A stretch of DNA of 64,000 nt, from contig NC_043006.1 in assembly GCF_006345805.1 (NCBI RefSeq), positions 18,662,001-18,726,000 of the forward strand, given 5' to 3'. This document shows positions 12,923 through 24,944 of this stretch, piece after piece. Numbering within the stretch: the stretch's first letter is position 1; each line of letters begins with the position of its first letter. The notes beneath the pieces are model-generated. The model was not told where the DNA came from. It searched no databases and saw nothing but the letters and a program-made list of their open reading frames with translations. The stretch is from Octopus sinensis. Its lineage: Eukaryota. A program made the translations under genes and the position numbers.

Positions 12923-13308
12923 GGTGGAAGCACTCCGTCGGTTATGACGACGAGGGTTCCGGTTGATCCGATCAACGGAACAGCCTGCTCGTGAAATTAA
13001 CGTGTAAGTGGCTGAGCACTCCACAGACACGTGTACCCTTAACGTAGTTCTCGGGGATATTCAGCGTGACACAGAGAGTGACAAGGCCGGCCCTTTGAAA
13101 TACAGGTACAACAGAAACAGGAAGTAAGAGTGAGAGAAAGTTGTGGTGAAAGAGTACAGCAGGGATCACCGCCATCCCTGCCGGAGCCTCGTGGAGCTTT
13201 TTTAGGTGTTTTCGCTCAATAAACACTCACAACGCCCGGTCTGGGAATCGAAACCGCGATGCTACGACCGCGAGTCCGCTGCCCTAACCACTGGGCCATT
13301 GCGCCTCC
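12923..13308 (-). mobile_element. SINE family A
   Basis: Full length; 11-bp TSD TCACGAGGATT. Confidence 0.92.
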
Positions 13309-13494
13309 TCACGAGGATTAATGGTCATAAGACAAGTGAAAGAAACTATGATGATATAGAATTTAGAGGAAAATAAAGTAACTGGTATTCTCAAGAACAA
13401 TATCGCAGAATGCGATCGATGTGAAGATAACAATCGTGGGGTGGAGATAGTCCGATTCTTATCTAGGTTAGTGCTTATCAACGTCTTATGCATG

Positions 13495-13574
<80 letters not shown>

Positions 13575-13763
13575 GAGTGTATTTTTACCTTGTTAACAAT
13601 TAACACGGAAAAATAAATAAATAGTTACCAGGGCAGCAACAATCTCACAAGTAAAGATGTTGTAACTCCTTGTTTATAAAGGTTGAAACTTCGTGTTTAC
13701 GTTGAATATTTTGAATAATATGAATAAAAAACGGAGTTAACGCAGGTTTAAACAAGTATTATT

Positions 13764-13849
13764 ACTTTCGACACATGTTTCGAAAATTCCACTGATACTA
13801 TTCAAAAGAATAAATGGTATAAACAATGCAATCTTCTCTTCGGGAAAGT
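13764..13849 (-). ncRNA. Type I hammerhead ribozyme-like motif, CCGAAGA core variant
   Basis: actttc-CCGAAGA-gaagattgcattg...cagtggaattttc-GAAAC-atgt-GTC-gaaagt; perfect 6-bp stem I, long imperfect stem II, GUC site. Confidence 0.7.
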
Positions 13850-14050
13850 GAAAAAAACGAAACTCGTCAATACGACATTTTAGCAAAAAATGATGGATTT
13901 GTATAGCGATAGGCAGAACGCTATTAATATTGTTTAAAAAAACGTTATATGATATAACGTCATAAGTAGCTAACAGAAAGAGTAGGGATATTAATAGTGA
14001 GTGTTAAATATAAAGGAAATTAAAGTTTAAATTATATATAATGATAGAGA

Positions 14051-14422
14051 CTACTTATATGCACTAAATGTATGTTTCTGCCAATGCTTACATATGTATG
14101 CTCGTTCTATAACCGTGTTTACTAGAGTATTTTTAGAAAAAATAATGAAAAATAGCTCAGAATTGCAGAGAAGACAGAATTTCTTGCCTTTGTCATATGG
14201 TATCGAAATTGAGAGGATCAACCATTCTAAATGAAATTGTTCATTGTGGTCTTTTAAATCCCAAATCAGTTTGCTGAGACCGGTACTATTCCGTTTATTT
14301 CTATCCCTAAATGTTGAGTAATGGATAGAAATTCTTTTAGATAACTCTAACGATGTGCTTCCAATGTAAAATCGTACTTTATTACGAGTATTGATTATAC
14401 ACTGGTATATAGAATTTTTAAT
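14051..14422 (-). pseudogene. GIY-YIG endonuclease domain of a Penelope-like element (123 codons without internal stop, no start codon)
   Basis: KNSIYQCIINTRNKVRFYIGSTSLELSKRISIHYSTFRDRNKRNSTGLSKLIWDLKD...EWLIL...CLLCNSE; frameshifted relative to the upstream ORF. Confidence 0.85.
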
Positions 14423-14752
14423 CTAAATTTAATTCTATTGGAATTGACTTCAGATACAATAACCTTGTTATTAATATTTCTAGAGGGTTGGATGGTATTA
14501 GCTAAATTAATGTTAGTATTAGTAAATGTATTAATATTTAACAGTTTGTTATTATGAGAAGATATAATTTGCAAGAGATTTTTTGTGTTTGAAAAACCTA
14601 TCCTAACCTTATGTGAATTAATTATAGAGTAATATCTAGAATTGTTTGGAAAATTCCTAGCAATAGCTTGACGAAACAGCAGTGGGAGATTAGATTTAAT
14701 TTGTCTCCCGTAAGGAATTATTAACCAAATATTTTTACTAGTATTCATAGCG

Positions 14753-14804
<52 letters not shown>

Positions 14805-14853
14805 ATATATCCATCCGTACATACATTTATACATATACATATGTATATATATA

Positions 14854-14886
<33 letters not shown>

Positions 14887-15096
14887 ATGTGAAATAGAAA
14901 GATGAATAATCTTGTAGTAGATTAATCAAAAGTTTAACCGATACCTTAGTAGCAAAAATCACAGCAGTAAACAGCACGGTTGGAGGTACAACCATCTGGC
15001 GTTGCAACCGTGCGTTGGTGCGGATAATTGAAATTAAAACATTATTGGTGAATTGAAGAAATGGAGCTGAACGCAGATTGAACAGAAATCGTTTTA

Positions 15097-15186
15097 TTTC
15101 ATTCTACACGTGTTTCGAAAGGCACAAATTACCAAAATCCGATTGAATAATGGGACCATATTGTGTCTTTCTCTTCAGGAAGAAAA
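15097..15186 (-). ncRNA. Type I hammerhead ribozyme, canonical core (left arm)
   Basis: Exact mirror of 15963-16052. Confidence 0.8.
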
Positions 15187-15962
15187 AAGGAAATCCGTTG
15201 GAAAAACAAAAACAGAACAGAGGTGGAGCAAAAACAAATCGAACTATGCTCCTAAGAGTCCATGGCGAAACTGTTTATCAGTGTATGTTGAGAACCGGTG
15301 GCTGAAGAATTCAACGGGTCAGGCATCGGTCAATCATGTGGGTGAGGGTGTATAGATGTTCTTTGTGACCGAGAATAAAGTTCTAACTATTTAAGGAATA
15401 TTGGATGTTTTATGAGGGGCGAGAAAAAATCTACTTAGAGACGTGTGTGTGTGTATACTGTTCTATATATGTGTGTGTTGGCGTAGGGGTAGAAAACATT
15501 TTTTGTGTACGTGTGTGCGTTTGATCGTTCGGCTGTCAGTGGCTACTGCCGTGATAACCGAAAATTTTTTTTCTTTCTGCCACCCAACGGTTATCACGGC
15601 AGTAGCCACTGACAGCCGAACGATCAAACGCACACACGTACACAAAAAATGTTTTCTACCCCTACGCCAACACACACATATATAGAACAGTATACACACA
15701 CACACGTCTCTAAGTAGATTTTTTCTCGCCCCTCATAAAACATCCAATATTCCTTAAATAGTTAGAACTTTATTCTCGGTCACAAAGAACATCTATACAC
15801 CCTCACCCACATGATTGACCGATGCCTGACCCGTTGAATTCTTCAGCCACCGGTTCTCAACATACAATGATAAACAGCTTCGCCATGGGCTCTTAGGAGC
15901 ACTGTTCGATTTGTTTTTTGCTCCGCCTCTGTTCTGTTTTTGTTTTTCCAACGGATTTCCTT

Positions 15963-16052
15963 TTTTCTTCCTGAAGAGAAAGACACAATATGGTCCCATT
16001 ATTCAATCGGATTTTGGTAATTTGTGCCTTTCGAAACACGTGTAGAATGAAA
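15963..16052 (+). ncRNA. Type I hammerhead ribozyme, canonical core (right arm)
   Basis: ttttcttc-CTGAAGA(15971-15977)-gaaagacacaa...ttgtgcctttc-GAAAC(16033-16037)-acgt-GTA(16042-16044)-gaatgaaa; G10.1-C11.1 pair, 10 of 11 stem II pairs, palindromic ACACGTGT stem III. Confidence 0.8.
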
Positions 16053-16233
16053 TAAAACGATTTCTGTTCAATCTGCGTTCAGCTCCATTTCTTCAATTCA
16101 CCAATAATGTTATATATATATATATATATATATATAATTTCAGCAAAACAATTTAGATTCAAAAGAATATGGTACTTAACTTAGATGCACCAGAATTCTT
16201 TATGGTATTAACCATAAAATTACGTGGGGTGAT

Positions 16234-16405
16234 TATAACCAAGAAGAAAGCAACAAGAATGGATCGGTAGTTTAGTACAATTGTTTCATACTATAAACAT
16301 TTTATTTAAAGCTGCAAATATTTGCAGCTTTAAATAAATTGTTTATAGTATGAAACAATTGTACTAAACTACCGATCCATTCTTGTTGCTTTCTTCTTGG
16401 TTATA
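16234..16405. repeat. 172-bp spacer-less palindrome
   Basis: Centre GCTGCAAAT|ATTTGCAGC at 16319/16320; one mismatch (16300). Confidence 0.95.
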
Positions 16406-17725
16406 TACATAATTAAGGATAAAATCAGTTAATGATCTTATCAGTGGCCAGCATGTAAAAAACCCTATAGATAAACATTCATATAAATATATAATTATAT
16501 AGATATAATTACAATAAAGAGTACTGAGAAACAGCACATACACGCAAGAAAGAGACGCTAAAAGGCTATAAAAACACTTAGGATTACACTCCATTAACAT
16601 ACGGCTGAAAGCAGGCAATTGAATAAAATGGATTTAGTAAAATTTTGAATTTAGTTCTAGATAGTTTGATTTCTGAATTAGTAATTGAAATTACTTTAAC
16701 GTCTTCAGTAGAATATACCAGAAGTATATAAATATAAATAATTATACATATCTATACAAATACCTCCGTATATATACAAATATATACTTACATTTACACT
16801 TATATACGAGGCAAATTCAATTATTCAAATCAAACACGTGCGTATTTGATCAAGATAATACCGCAGTAAATATCAGTACCGGAGTGAATAAATATGTATG
16901 TAGGGTTTAATTCAAATGTGTATAATTATTAATATTTAATTAAGGTGGAGGACATTCCAGGCAATCTATTACTTATTATAAATATCGAAAGGGTTAAAAG
17001 AGTAATAAGAAATTTAATTAAATTTAGGGTTCATAAAGATTATAAAATAAATCAAAATAGAGTAGAGAGTGAAAATAGATAGAGAAATATAAATAAATGA
17101 ATACAGAATTATAAGTTATTACTTTTCTCCCCTTAAAAAATTATTGTGCTAGACTAATAAAGATAAAGAACTATTGGACAAAGTTTAATTTAAAGATTTC
17201 GGATATGTAGCGTTCGCTTGGTGAGATACCAGATGCAAATATATTAAGTGGTTCAAGTTCGGTGATATGGAATGTATCATAAGTAAATACACAAATAAGA
17301 ATTAACGGGAATAAATATATGCTAATAAAAGTAAAAATAAAGGCTTAAATATGGGTCAATTCAACAAGTTAAGTTTAGATTTGTTAAAAAGTTATTGAAA
17401 TAATTAAATATATAAATAGTTAAATATAAAGCCCTATAAACCGGAAGTAGGTATTCATATAGAGGTGAATGGCTAAAGGAAATCTAGGAATAATCTAAGT
17501 TAGGGACATACCAAAGCGAAAACGGGTAGAACTAAATAAATGTTATTACAGTGAGCTAGCATAAAGCTACAGGTTTGATTCATGTAGTATAATTAATTTA
17601 ATTTAGAGAAGAGCTTATGAAAACCTAGGAACAATCTAAATTAGGGACATACACAAATGAGACACAGTGAAGGAAAGCATCCATGTCATTAGATACAAAA
17701 ACGTAAAAATGATTGTTCATGAGAT

Positions 17726-18317
17726 CATCATCATTGTTCGACCGTGGTCGAGACAATGGAATTTACCATGCTACGCCAGACTTCACGGTCCATCATGGCA
17801 TTACGGAGGTCCTGTTGCTGGATGCCTGTATCCCTGGAGATTACATCAGGGTAGGAGAGTGTGCGCCCTCTGGTATTGCGGGTAGATGGCTTCCAGAGGA
17901 GAAGAGTAGAAATTACCTCTTTTTCAGCTCTACAACATTAGTAAAAAAACACCACCATCTCGCCTGGAAATCCATCAAAGACCTATCAGGCAAAAATTTT
18001 GGGTCATCAATTAGAATTAAAGGGGGATCAGCTAAGAAGCGTTTAGAAAATTGGTCAACCCATTTTTAAACCCTCCTTGGGAAGAATGCCAAAATCCCTG
18101 ATAACCCCACTCTTCCAAGTGTGCCTATATCAGACACGCTGGACATCAACACCTCCCCTTTTACCATATTTGAACTAACAGCAGCCACCAAGCAACTAAA
18201 AGCCTCGAAAGCATTTGGTCCCAACAACATCCCAGCTATAATTTGGAAGGATGATAGATTTCACACACTTTTGCTCAACCTCTGCAACCACACACTTTCC
18301 GCCTTTGTCGCTCCAAA
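17726..18317 (-). mobile_element. 5'-inverted, internally deleted LINE insertion (RTE-like tail)
   Basis: Minus strand 3' end LLWKPSTRNTRGRTLSYPDVISRDTG...MMDREVWRSMV + (TGA)n tail; plus strand pre-RT segment WSTHF...FTIFELTAATKQLKASKAFGPNNIPAIIWK; one 11-bp TSD GTTCATGAGAT (17715-17725, 18318-18328). Confidence 0.85.
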
Positions 18318-19280
18318 GTTCATGAGATAGCAATACGTTTAAAGAGAGAGCAGGATACCGAAAAATTATAAAAGGAATTATTATGCTCGCTAGGAGATAG
18401 GTAAAAGTACACTAATTATATTATCTATACATAGGTGGAGAAAGAACCAATTTTGAAAATCAATAGAAAGCAAACAGTCAAGTTGAGGTAATAAATAAAT
18501 TAGTAAGCAAAGCGAATAAGCAAAATGGACTAGATAGAAAATGTGCAGATTATAGTCTTGGAGAGGTGTGCAAGGTATGAAATAAAACAAATGCAATACT
18601 AAATGATAAGTTAAGTGCATTTATAACTAGAATATTAAAACATTCTACCAATAATAGGACGAGAAAAAGAAAGTAAAATAATTAATTAAAAGCTGGGTGA
18701 TAGAGAGAATCATGTTTAGTCTATTAGTAGATAGGTTTAAGAAACTGTAGTTATAGTTTATATATATATGTATAGGTGGAGATATGACCAAATATAGTTT
18801 AAATGTAAAGTCAATGATTCAGTGGAACAATAAAGTTAAAGCAATATGGGATAGGTGTAAGATAAACTGTAAATATAGTGTGTGTACAAAATAAATGTGG
18901 TAGTTATAATAATATAGTGATTAAATTAATAAGCCATGTAATATGAATAAGAGAGGGTAAAATACAAATACCTATATAAACGAATGTACATACATGGCAA
19001 GGAATAAATATAATGGGGGAATTATAAAGGGATTAAAAAGAGCATAGTGAGAGAGAAAGGGGTTAAGAAGCTGTTAAACAATTTAAACATGCATAAGTAT
19101 AAGGAATAATAAAAAGAATTACTTAAATTACTAAAAATACTATATCTGTGTATTAAAATAAAAATAAAAATATGGTCATATATATAGGAGAGACATTGCT
19201 TTCAACTCCCAAAACGGTTAAAATATACATACAGACGTAGATGATCTAAACTAACTATGACTTAACCTTCTTCTCACTAC

Positions 19281-19332
19281 GTCTCCGATGAAGGGATATT
19301 ATTAATTAATATCCTAGAAACAGCTGTAAGAC
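19281..19332 (+). ncRNA. Type I hammerhead-like motif, CCGAUGA core variant
   Basis: gtct-CCGATGA-ag-ggatatt[attaatt]aatatcc-ta-GAAAC-agct-GTA-agac; 4-bp stem I, palindromic ACAGCTGT. Confidence 0.6.
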
Positions 19333-19649
19333 CATCTATCTATAAATGCTCTAATATCTATACAGCCTTGGTTTTTTTTATCTTATTACGCAAAAAATTC
19401 TTATATATATGAAATATATATATATTATATATATATATATATAAATATACATACATGGTAAAAATTAAACATAAATGTTACCCTTTAACAAGGTTTTACA
19501 TACCATAATGTAGTAAAGGAAATGGGTAATTTGTTATAAATTTTAACCATGCATGTTAGTATTAGGAATGAATATAGCAATATGATATTTTATACATATT
19601 TAGAAAATACAAATTTAGTTTTGAGAATTCAGGAGTCATCATGTTCATC

Positions 19650-19965
19650 GCTGAGGTTAAGAATAAGATATTTTGCAGAAAGAACAAAAAAGTTTTCATT
19701 TAAGCATGAATAACATTTTTTCATAATTTGTAACGAAGCTGCCGAAGCAAGGATTTCCCATTTCAGATCGTACTATGTATTACCATCTTTTATCCTCCAA
19801 ATAACTTTACTTAGCCCTATAGAATTAAATTTATGTTTATTCCTGAAAGTATAGAGATGGGTGGCAACTCGTTTTTTAATTTCAATTTGTATAGATCCCA
19901 CATAAGAATTTTTCATTCCCTGTGCCGTTACAGTACATGGATTCTTAAATAAGCAATTGCTTTTA
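19650..19965 (-). pseudogene. Penelope-like GIY-YIG fragment between (TA)n tracts
   Basis: NCLFKNPCTVTAQGMKNSYVGSIQIEIKKRVATHLYTFRNKHKFNSIGLSKVIWRIKDG..YDLKWEILASA; stop and frameshift. Confidence 0.8.
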
Positions 19966-19980
19966 AATATACAATCACAG

Positions 19981-20104
<124 letters not shown>

Positions 20105-20250
20105 CGTATGTGTGTGTATCGTCCCATTTCTTATGCTATACGAGTAGTGCTTGAAGATTGTGCTGCGACACCTGATATGTTAAAAATACTGTCTTGCATA
20201 GGCTCATCACCATCACGTGAAACTATAAGAATATATTGTGTTTATTAAAT

Positions 20251-20412
<162 letters not shown>

Positions 20413-20779
20413 CACATATATACATATATATATTTGTTTTTTATCCTTACCTTTATTGGTTTTATGTTTTTGTATTCTTATTCGTGCTTTCCTTATTGTT
20501 TTCACGTATTTCTGTATTTTTATTCGTGTACATCTTTCGTTTTCCGTCCTTGTGTTGTATACATTCGAAGCTTTCTTCCAAGGGATCTAATGCGCTTGGC
20601 TTAGATTTCCCTTGGGGGCTGTCCAGGTCGGAGCAATCTCAAGATTAATCAGCCGAAATTGCGAAGATGATCCGGTTCTTGACTGATGACTGAGGGCTTC
20701 GAATGTCTCGTCCTGTGGTTCTTGTGTCGTCTTCTAGGTGTTTCACGTTCTTGTCCCAGTTTGTATATATTTTTTACTG

Positions 20780-20850
<71 letters not shown>

Positions 20851-20956
20851 GTAAAAGCAATAATTATAATGACAGAGAATATAGAGACTGGTATATCCTC
20901 AAAATTCATTTCCTTTTATTTTACTATGTCACACCACATATTTTTATGGTTACGAC

Positions 20957-21040
20957 AACCTACACGTGTTTCCACAGCAGAGCGTGTGAACAGTTTTACA
21001 TGCAACCTGGCATAATTTTCTGTGCAGCTTCGTTCAGGTT
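20957..21040 (-). ncRNA. Degenerate or variant hammerhead-like motif
   Basis: aac-CTGAACGA-agctg-cacag...ctgtg-GAAAC-acgt-GTA-ggtt; extra nucleotides in the core and before stem II. Confidence 0.3.
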
Positions 21041-21158
21041 TTTTCACCAAGCTTGGCTCAAAGCGAACTGAGTTCTGTTATATGTTTATTGGTTAGGCTT
21101 CAGAGGAAAGTGAGGGGAGATTAGATTGAATCATGTTGTGAAATTGTATGGTTGTAAA

Positions 21159-21702
21159 ATTGCAGTGGTCAGCTGCATTTTTTTCTATTTCCCAACTAAA
21201 TGGATGATGGCTCAGTTCCACTGCGTGGCACTTTTAGCAAGTGTCTCCTGCTATAGCTCTGGGGCTGACCTAAGCCTTCTGAGTGGATTTAGCTGACGGA
21301 AACTAAGAAAAGCTCGCCGCGGTCACTTCAGCAATGTAACCACAATGTTTCTTGGGATTTTTCTTCACACATACACACACAGAATCAAATCAAAAATTAA
21401 AAATGATAAATAACAAACAAACAAAAGTCAAAATGACGTACATGCGGAACGTAATTACATTGACGCTCAATATAAGATGGAAACAAAGAGTGGGTGTACA
21501 ACATTCCGAGCATAGCTCTTCGTCAGAAAGAGGAGAAAGGAAATTTCCGAAGAAGAAAAATCCCAAGAAAAGTACGTGTGTGGTTACATGGCTGAAGTGA
21601 CCACGACGATCTTCGTTTAGTTTCCGTCGACTAAATCCACTGTGCTATAGTGGAATTGAGCCCTGATTGGAAAACAGAAGAGATGCAGCTGACCACTGCA
21701 AT
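21159..21702. repeat. Diverged inverted repeat containing SINE-B-derived sequence in both arms
   Basis: Terminal ATTGCAGTGGTCAGCTGCAT and its reverse complement; both arms carry AGTGGATTTAG..GACGGAAACTAA and GGTCACTTCAGC; about 200-bp spacer. Confidence 0.8.
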
Positions 21703-24700
21703 GTGACTCTTCTTCCCTGTCCCATAGAACAACATCTGTTACGTTGTATTCGAAAATATTGCTGTTTTATTAGAATGTTCCACCAGTATACTTTACCTTT
21801 AAAGATGTTGATATAATTCTTGCCTTGGTCTTCCTTTCGTATTGCCTTCTGAACACTTCATTCAAGAGACAACACTGGAAATAGTTTCGCAGCATCATCA
21901 TGTCTTTTGAGGTGGTAGTATTTTGCAGTCATTATGGGGGATCTGCTGCTGATGTGGATCATATGTATTACACTGGAATGAACGGCTTAATAGAAATTTT
22001 ATTTCATAATGGCGCTCTTTGGAGTGATGTTTTATTTCTTTCGTTTTCAGATATTCAAAAGATTCTACTTCAGGAAGGTATCTGCTGTTAGTGAATAATG
22101 AAAGTATATCCCCCAGGAAAGGGATGATTAATCTAATAGAGATCTATGAAGGGCTTCGCACGTAGCCAACGTCTTTCTTTACGTCTAAATTGCAAGATGT
22201 GTATTCATGCATAACTTTTAAGCAGATTGATGTAGTTAGACTTGGCCTGCATGGAACAGCTATGCGCTCAAAGTAGCTAATCAGGTTTTCTTCACATGCT
22301 CTCTATATGTTATTTATTTGAATATTAAATCTTTGTGATATACAGCTTGCTCCCTTTACTCTTGACTAGGGGTTATTCAAACTACACTTCGGCCTATACC
22401 CCAATCCCTCCATATAATACTGATTCTATCCATAACGCTATTGATGTGGATTTACGAGTGACAGTCAATACCTTCCTAGTTCTAGTTTTCGATGTCTTTA
22501 CATGTCCAGTGTAGTATTCCTAATGGTAGCACTCGTACTACAAATGTATTATGAAATACTTTCTTACTGAATACGGGTAACTCTAACTTCAATAACTTCC
22601 TTTTTTTCCCTCTACTTTTACTACAGCACCAGGATATGTGATATTTTCAGTCATTGTAGTATTAAACAATGGAAATGTGAGAAATAGCCAGTTCAAGCGA
22701 TAATCATTCCCACCGATTAACCAATAAGCTTTTCTTGATTTATTTACTATCAAATACGAACACTTATCCCGACCAAAATCAATTCCAATATTGCATAATT
22801 TTGAGGCCAGTGTTCACTGTTCGTTTCGTCAATGTATCAGAATACATCTGTCCTCTATAACTTCATCAGCGACTTGTTTCCTCTGTATCATTAATTCCGG
22901 GTTTTCACTGTTTTTCCTTCTATCATCTATGTTAGTCTTTCTTTCTAATATTGCTCTACACTTTCGCTCTCTCTTTTCGTCTTTCTATGAGGTCGTGGGA
23001 TGTGCTTCTAGAAGGTCGTGGGATGTGCTAGAAGCACTAGCGAAATCACTCTTAAATCAGGTATCTGTTTGCCTGAAAAATATTTTAAAATTATGCGCAG
23101 AAACAAATTGCGGATTCCAACTTTTCTTCTTTTTAAAAATGTAATTACAAATAGTTCGATAAAGCCCTAAAATTTAGGATTTATGGGGGTGGGGTGAGGG
23201 TGTCCTTGTTAATGAAAAAATTTTAAATTTCACTATTGTTTTTAAATTACACCAACATTTACTGTTTAAAAAGAAAGGAAATGTGGTTTAAAAATTGTTT
23301 TTAACTATGAAGGCTTTTCCCCTCGTTTTAAATGCGCGGTGCAAAAACAAAAAAAATAGTTAAAAGCGGTATTGTGTGGGACTAGGGTTTGAAAAATTCA
23401 TGAATTTTCAAAAAACATTTTTGTTTTTGTTTTTACCAAAAAGGCACCTCCCATTGATTTTAAGTGCGTAGTGAAAAAAAATCAACAAACAAACAAATGA
23501 GCAAAATCGGTCCGCAAGGATGGAGGTGGTGTGGATTCATAAATTCTCAAACATTGCCTTTTTTTTTTCATAAAAAGTTGAGCGCCCATTATTTGCGAGG
23601 GTATGGAGAAAAAAATATGGAGAAATCCCTGTCGAAACGGGAGAAAATCCAACTTATGTAGGAATGCTATTCCGAAAGTCGGTCGAGTCATTCTATTGTG
23701 AAAATTACCCGGCAATGACGGAATACTCAGCTAGTACATATAGAGAATAAGTAATTTCTCCGTAGGAATCACAATTGAAACATTTGGCCATGTTAAAAGC
23801 AAAGAAGAGAGAGAAGAGAATACCTATATTATTAGTCACTTAGAATTCCTTTTTATGGAGTTTTACTCTGATCACCCAACCCGAATTTTACGCACACATA
23901 AACACTTACAATCTGCTGTGTAATCGCATTAAATTAATTATGTATGGTGTTTTTATACACATAATTGTATATAAGATTTTGAGAGAATGTGGAATAATTG
24001 CTTTTTGGAATATCTCGAAGCACCTGTATAAAGCTATAAATAATGGCATACAAGTATTGAGATGAATCTTTATATAATTAAAAAGAAATTACATAAGACT
24101 TATGAGAAGTTCTCATCCAAATAATCTAAATAAACATGGTACATAATACGCACGAACGCACGAACACACATAATATCTGAAAGGGGATTAACAGAAAACT
24201 TACATGGTTTTTGTGCTGGAAGTGTCTTTGTATTAAACGGAATTCATCGCCAAGAAATCAATTTAACTTGTCAAACTTGATATAAGGCAGCGGACTAACG
24301 GAATCATTTAGTGCAAATTCTTTGGACTCTTTATGTTTTGATTTCAAATTCCTCCAAGGTCGACTTTGACTTTTATCTTTTGGGGATCGATAAAATATTT
24401 ACCAAGCAGAGCACTGGGATCGATAAAATGTGTACCAAGTAACTGATTTACACCCTCCTCGAAATTACTGGCCTTGTTTCAAAATATGAAATCAATGTGT
24501 CACTTGTTAAGCAGAATCGTTAATATGCGGGGTAAAACGCCTAGCAGCATTTCGAAACTCCACCTAGTTCGACTTTGCCTTTCATAATTTCGGGGTCGAC
24601 AAAATAAGTACCTAGTAGAGCAATGGGGTCGATATAATCGACGTAGCCCCGCCTTTGAAACTGCTGACCTTGTGCAAAAATTTGATATCATTATGTGTAA

Positions 24701-24944
24701 CTTGTTCATATAAGTTTCTCCTATAAATATGCGAATATACGGCATGCAAGCTCAAAACTACTCGTGAAATTAGGAATTTATCGATAGCAGCTAAATATTT
24801 GGCTATGTAGAACCATCACTTGAAATGCTTGCAGTATTTAGTTATGTACTAGTTGAGTACTGGGGTCCGCGTAATCATCTTACCCTTCCCTCGAAATTGC
24901 TGACCTAGTGCTAAACGTTAAGACCAATATAATATATTCTATAT

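Larger units (their letters stand above)
13567..14752 (-). mobile_element. Penelope-like element 3' portion (RT thumb/linker, GIY-YIG, 3' UTR with hammerhead), bounded by (TA)n tracts
   Basis: KNIWLIIPYGRQIKSNLPLLFRQAIARNFPNNSRYYSIINSHKVRIGFSNTKNLLQIISSHNNKLLN resembles the PLE WFNPPY...HFP...N.VKVSYS..N...II..HN linker; GIY-YIG follows in another frame. Confidence 0.85.
15038..16111. repeat. 1.07-kb foldback palindrome (arms 15038-15560 and 15588-16111, 27-bp spacer)
   Basis: Arms are reverse complements with about 7 differences by eye, all near 15224-15285; mirrored ORFs 15443-15685(+) and 15463-15705(-) agree. Confidence 0.97.
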
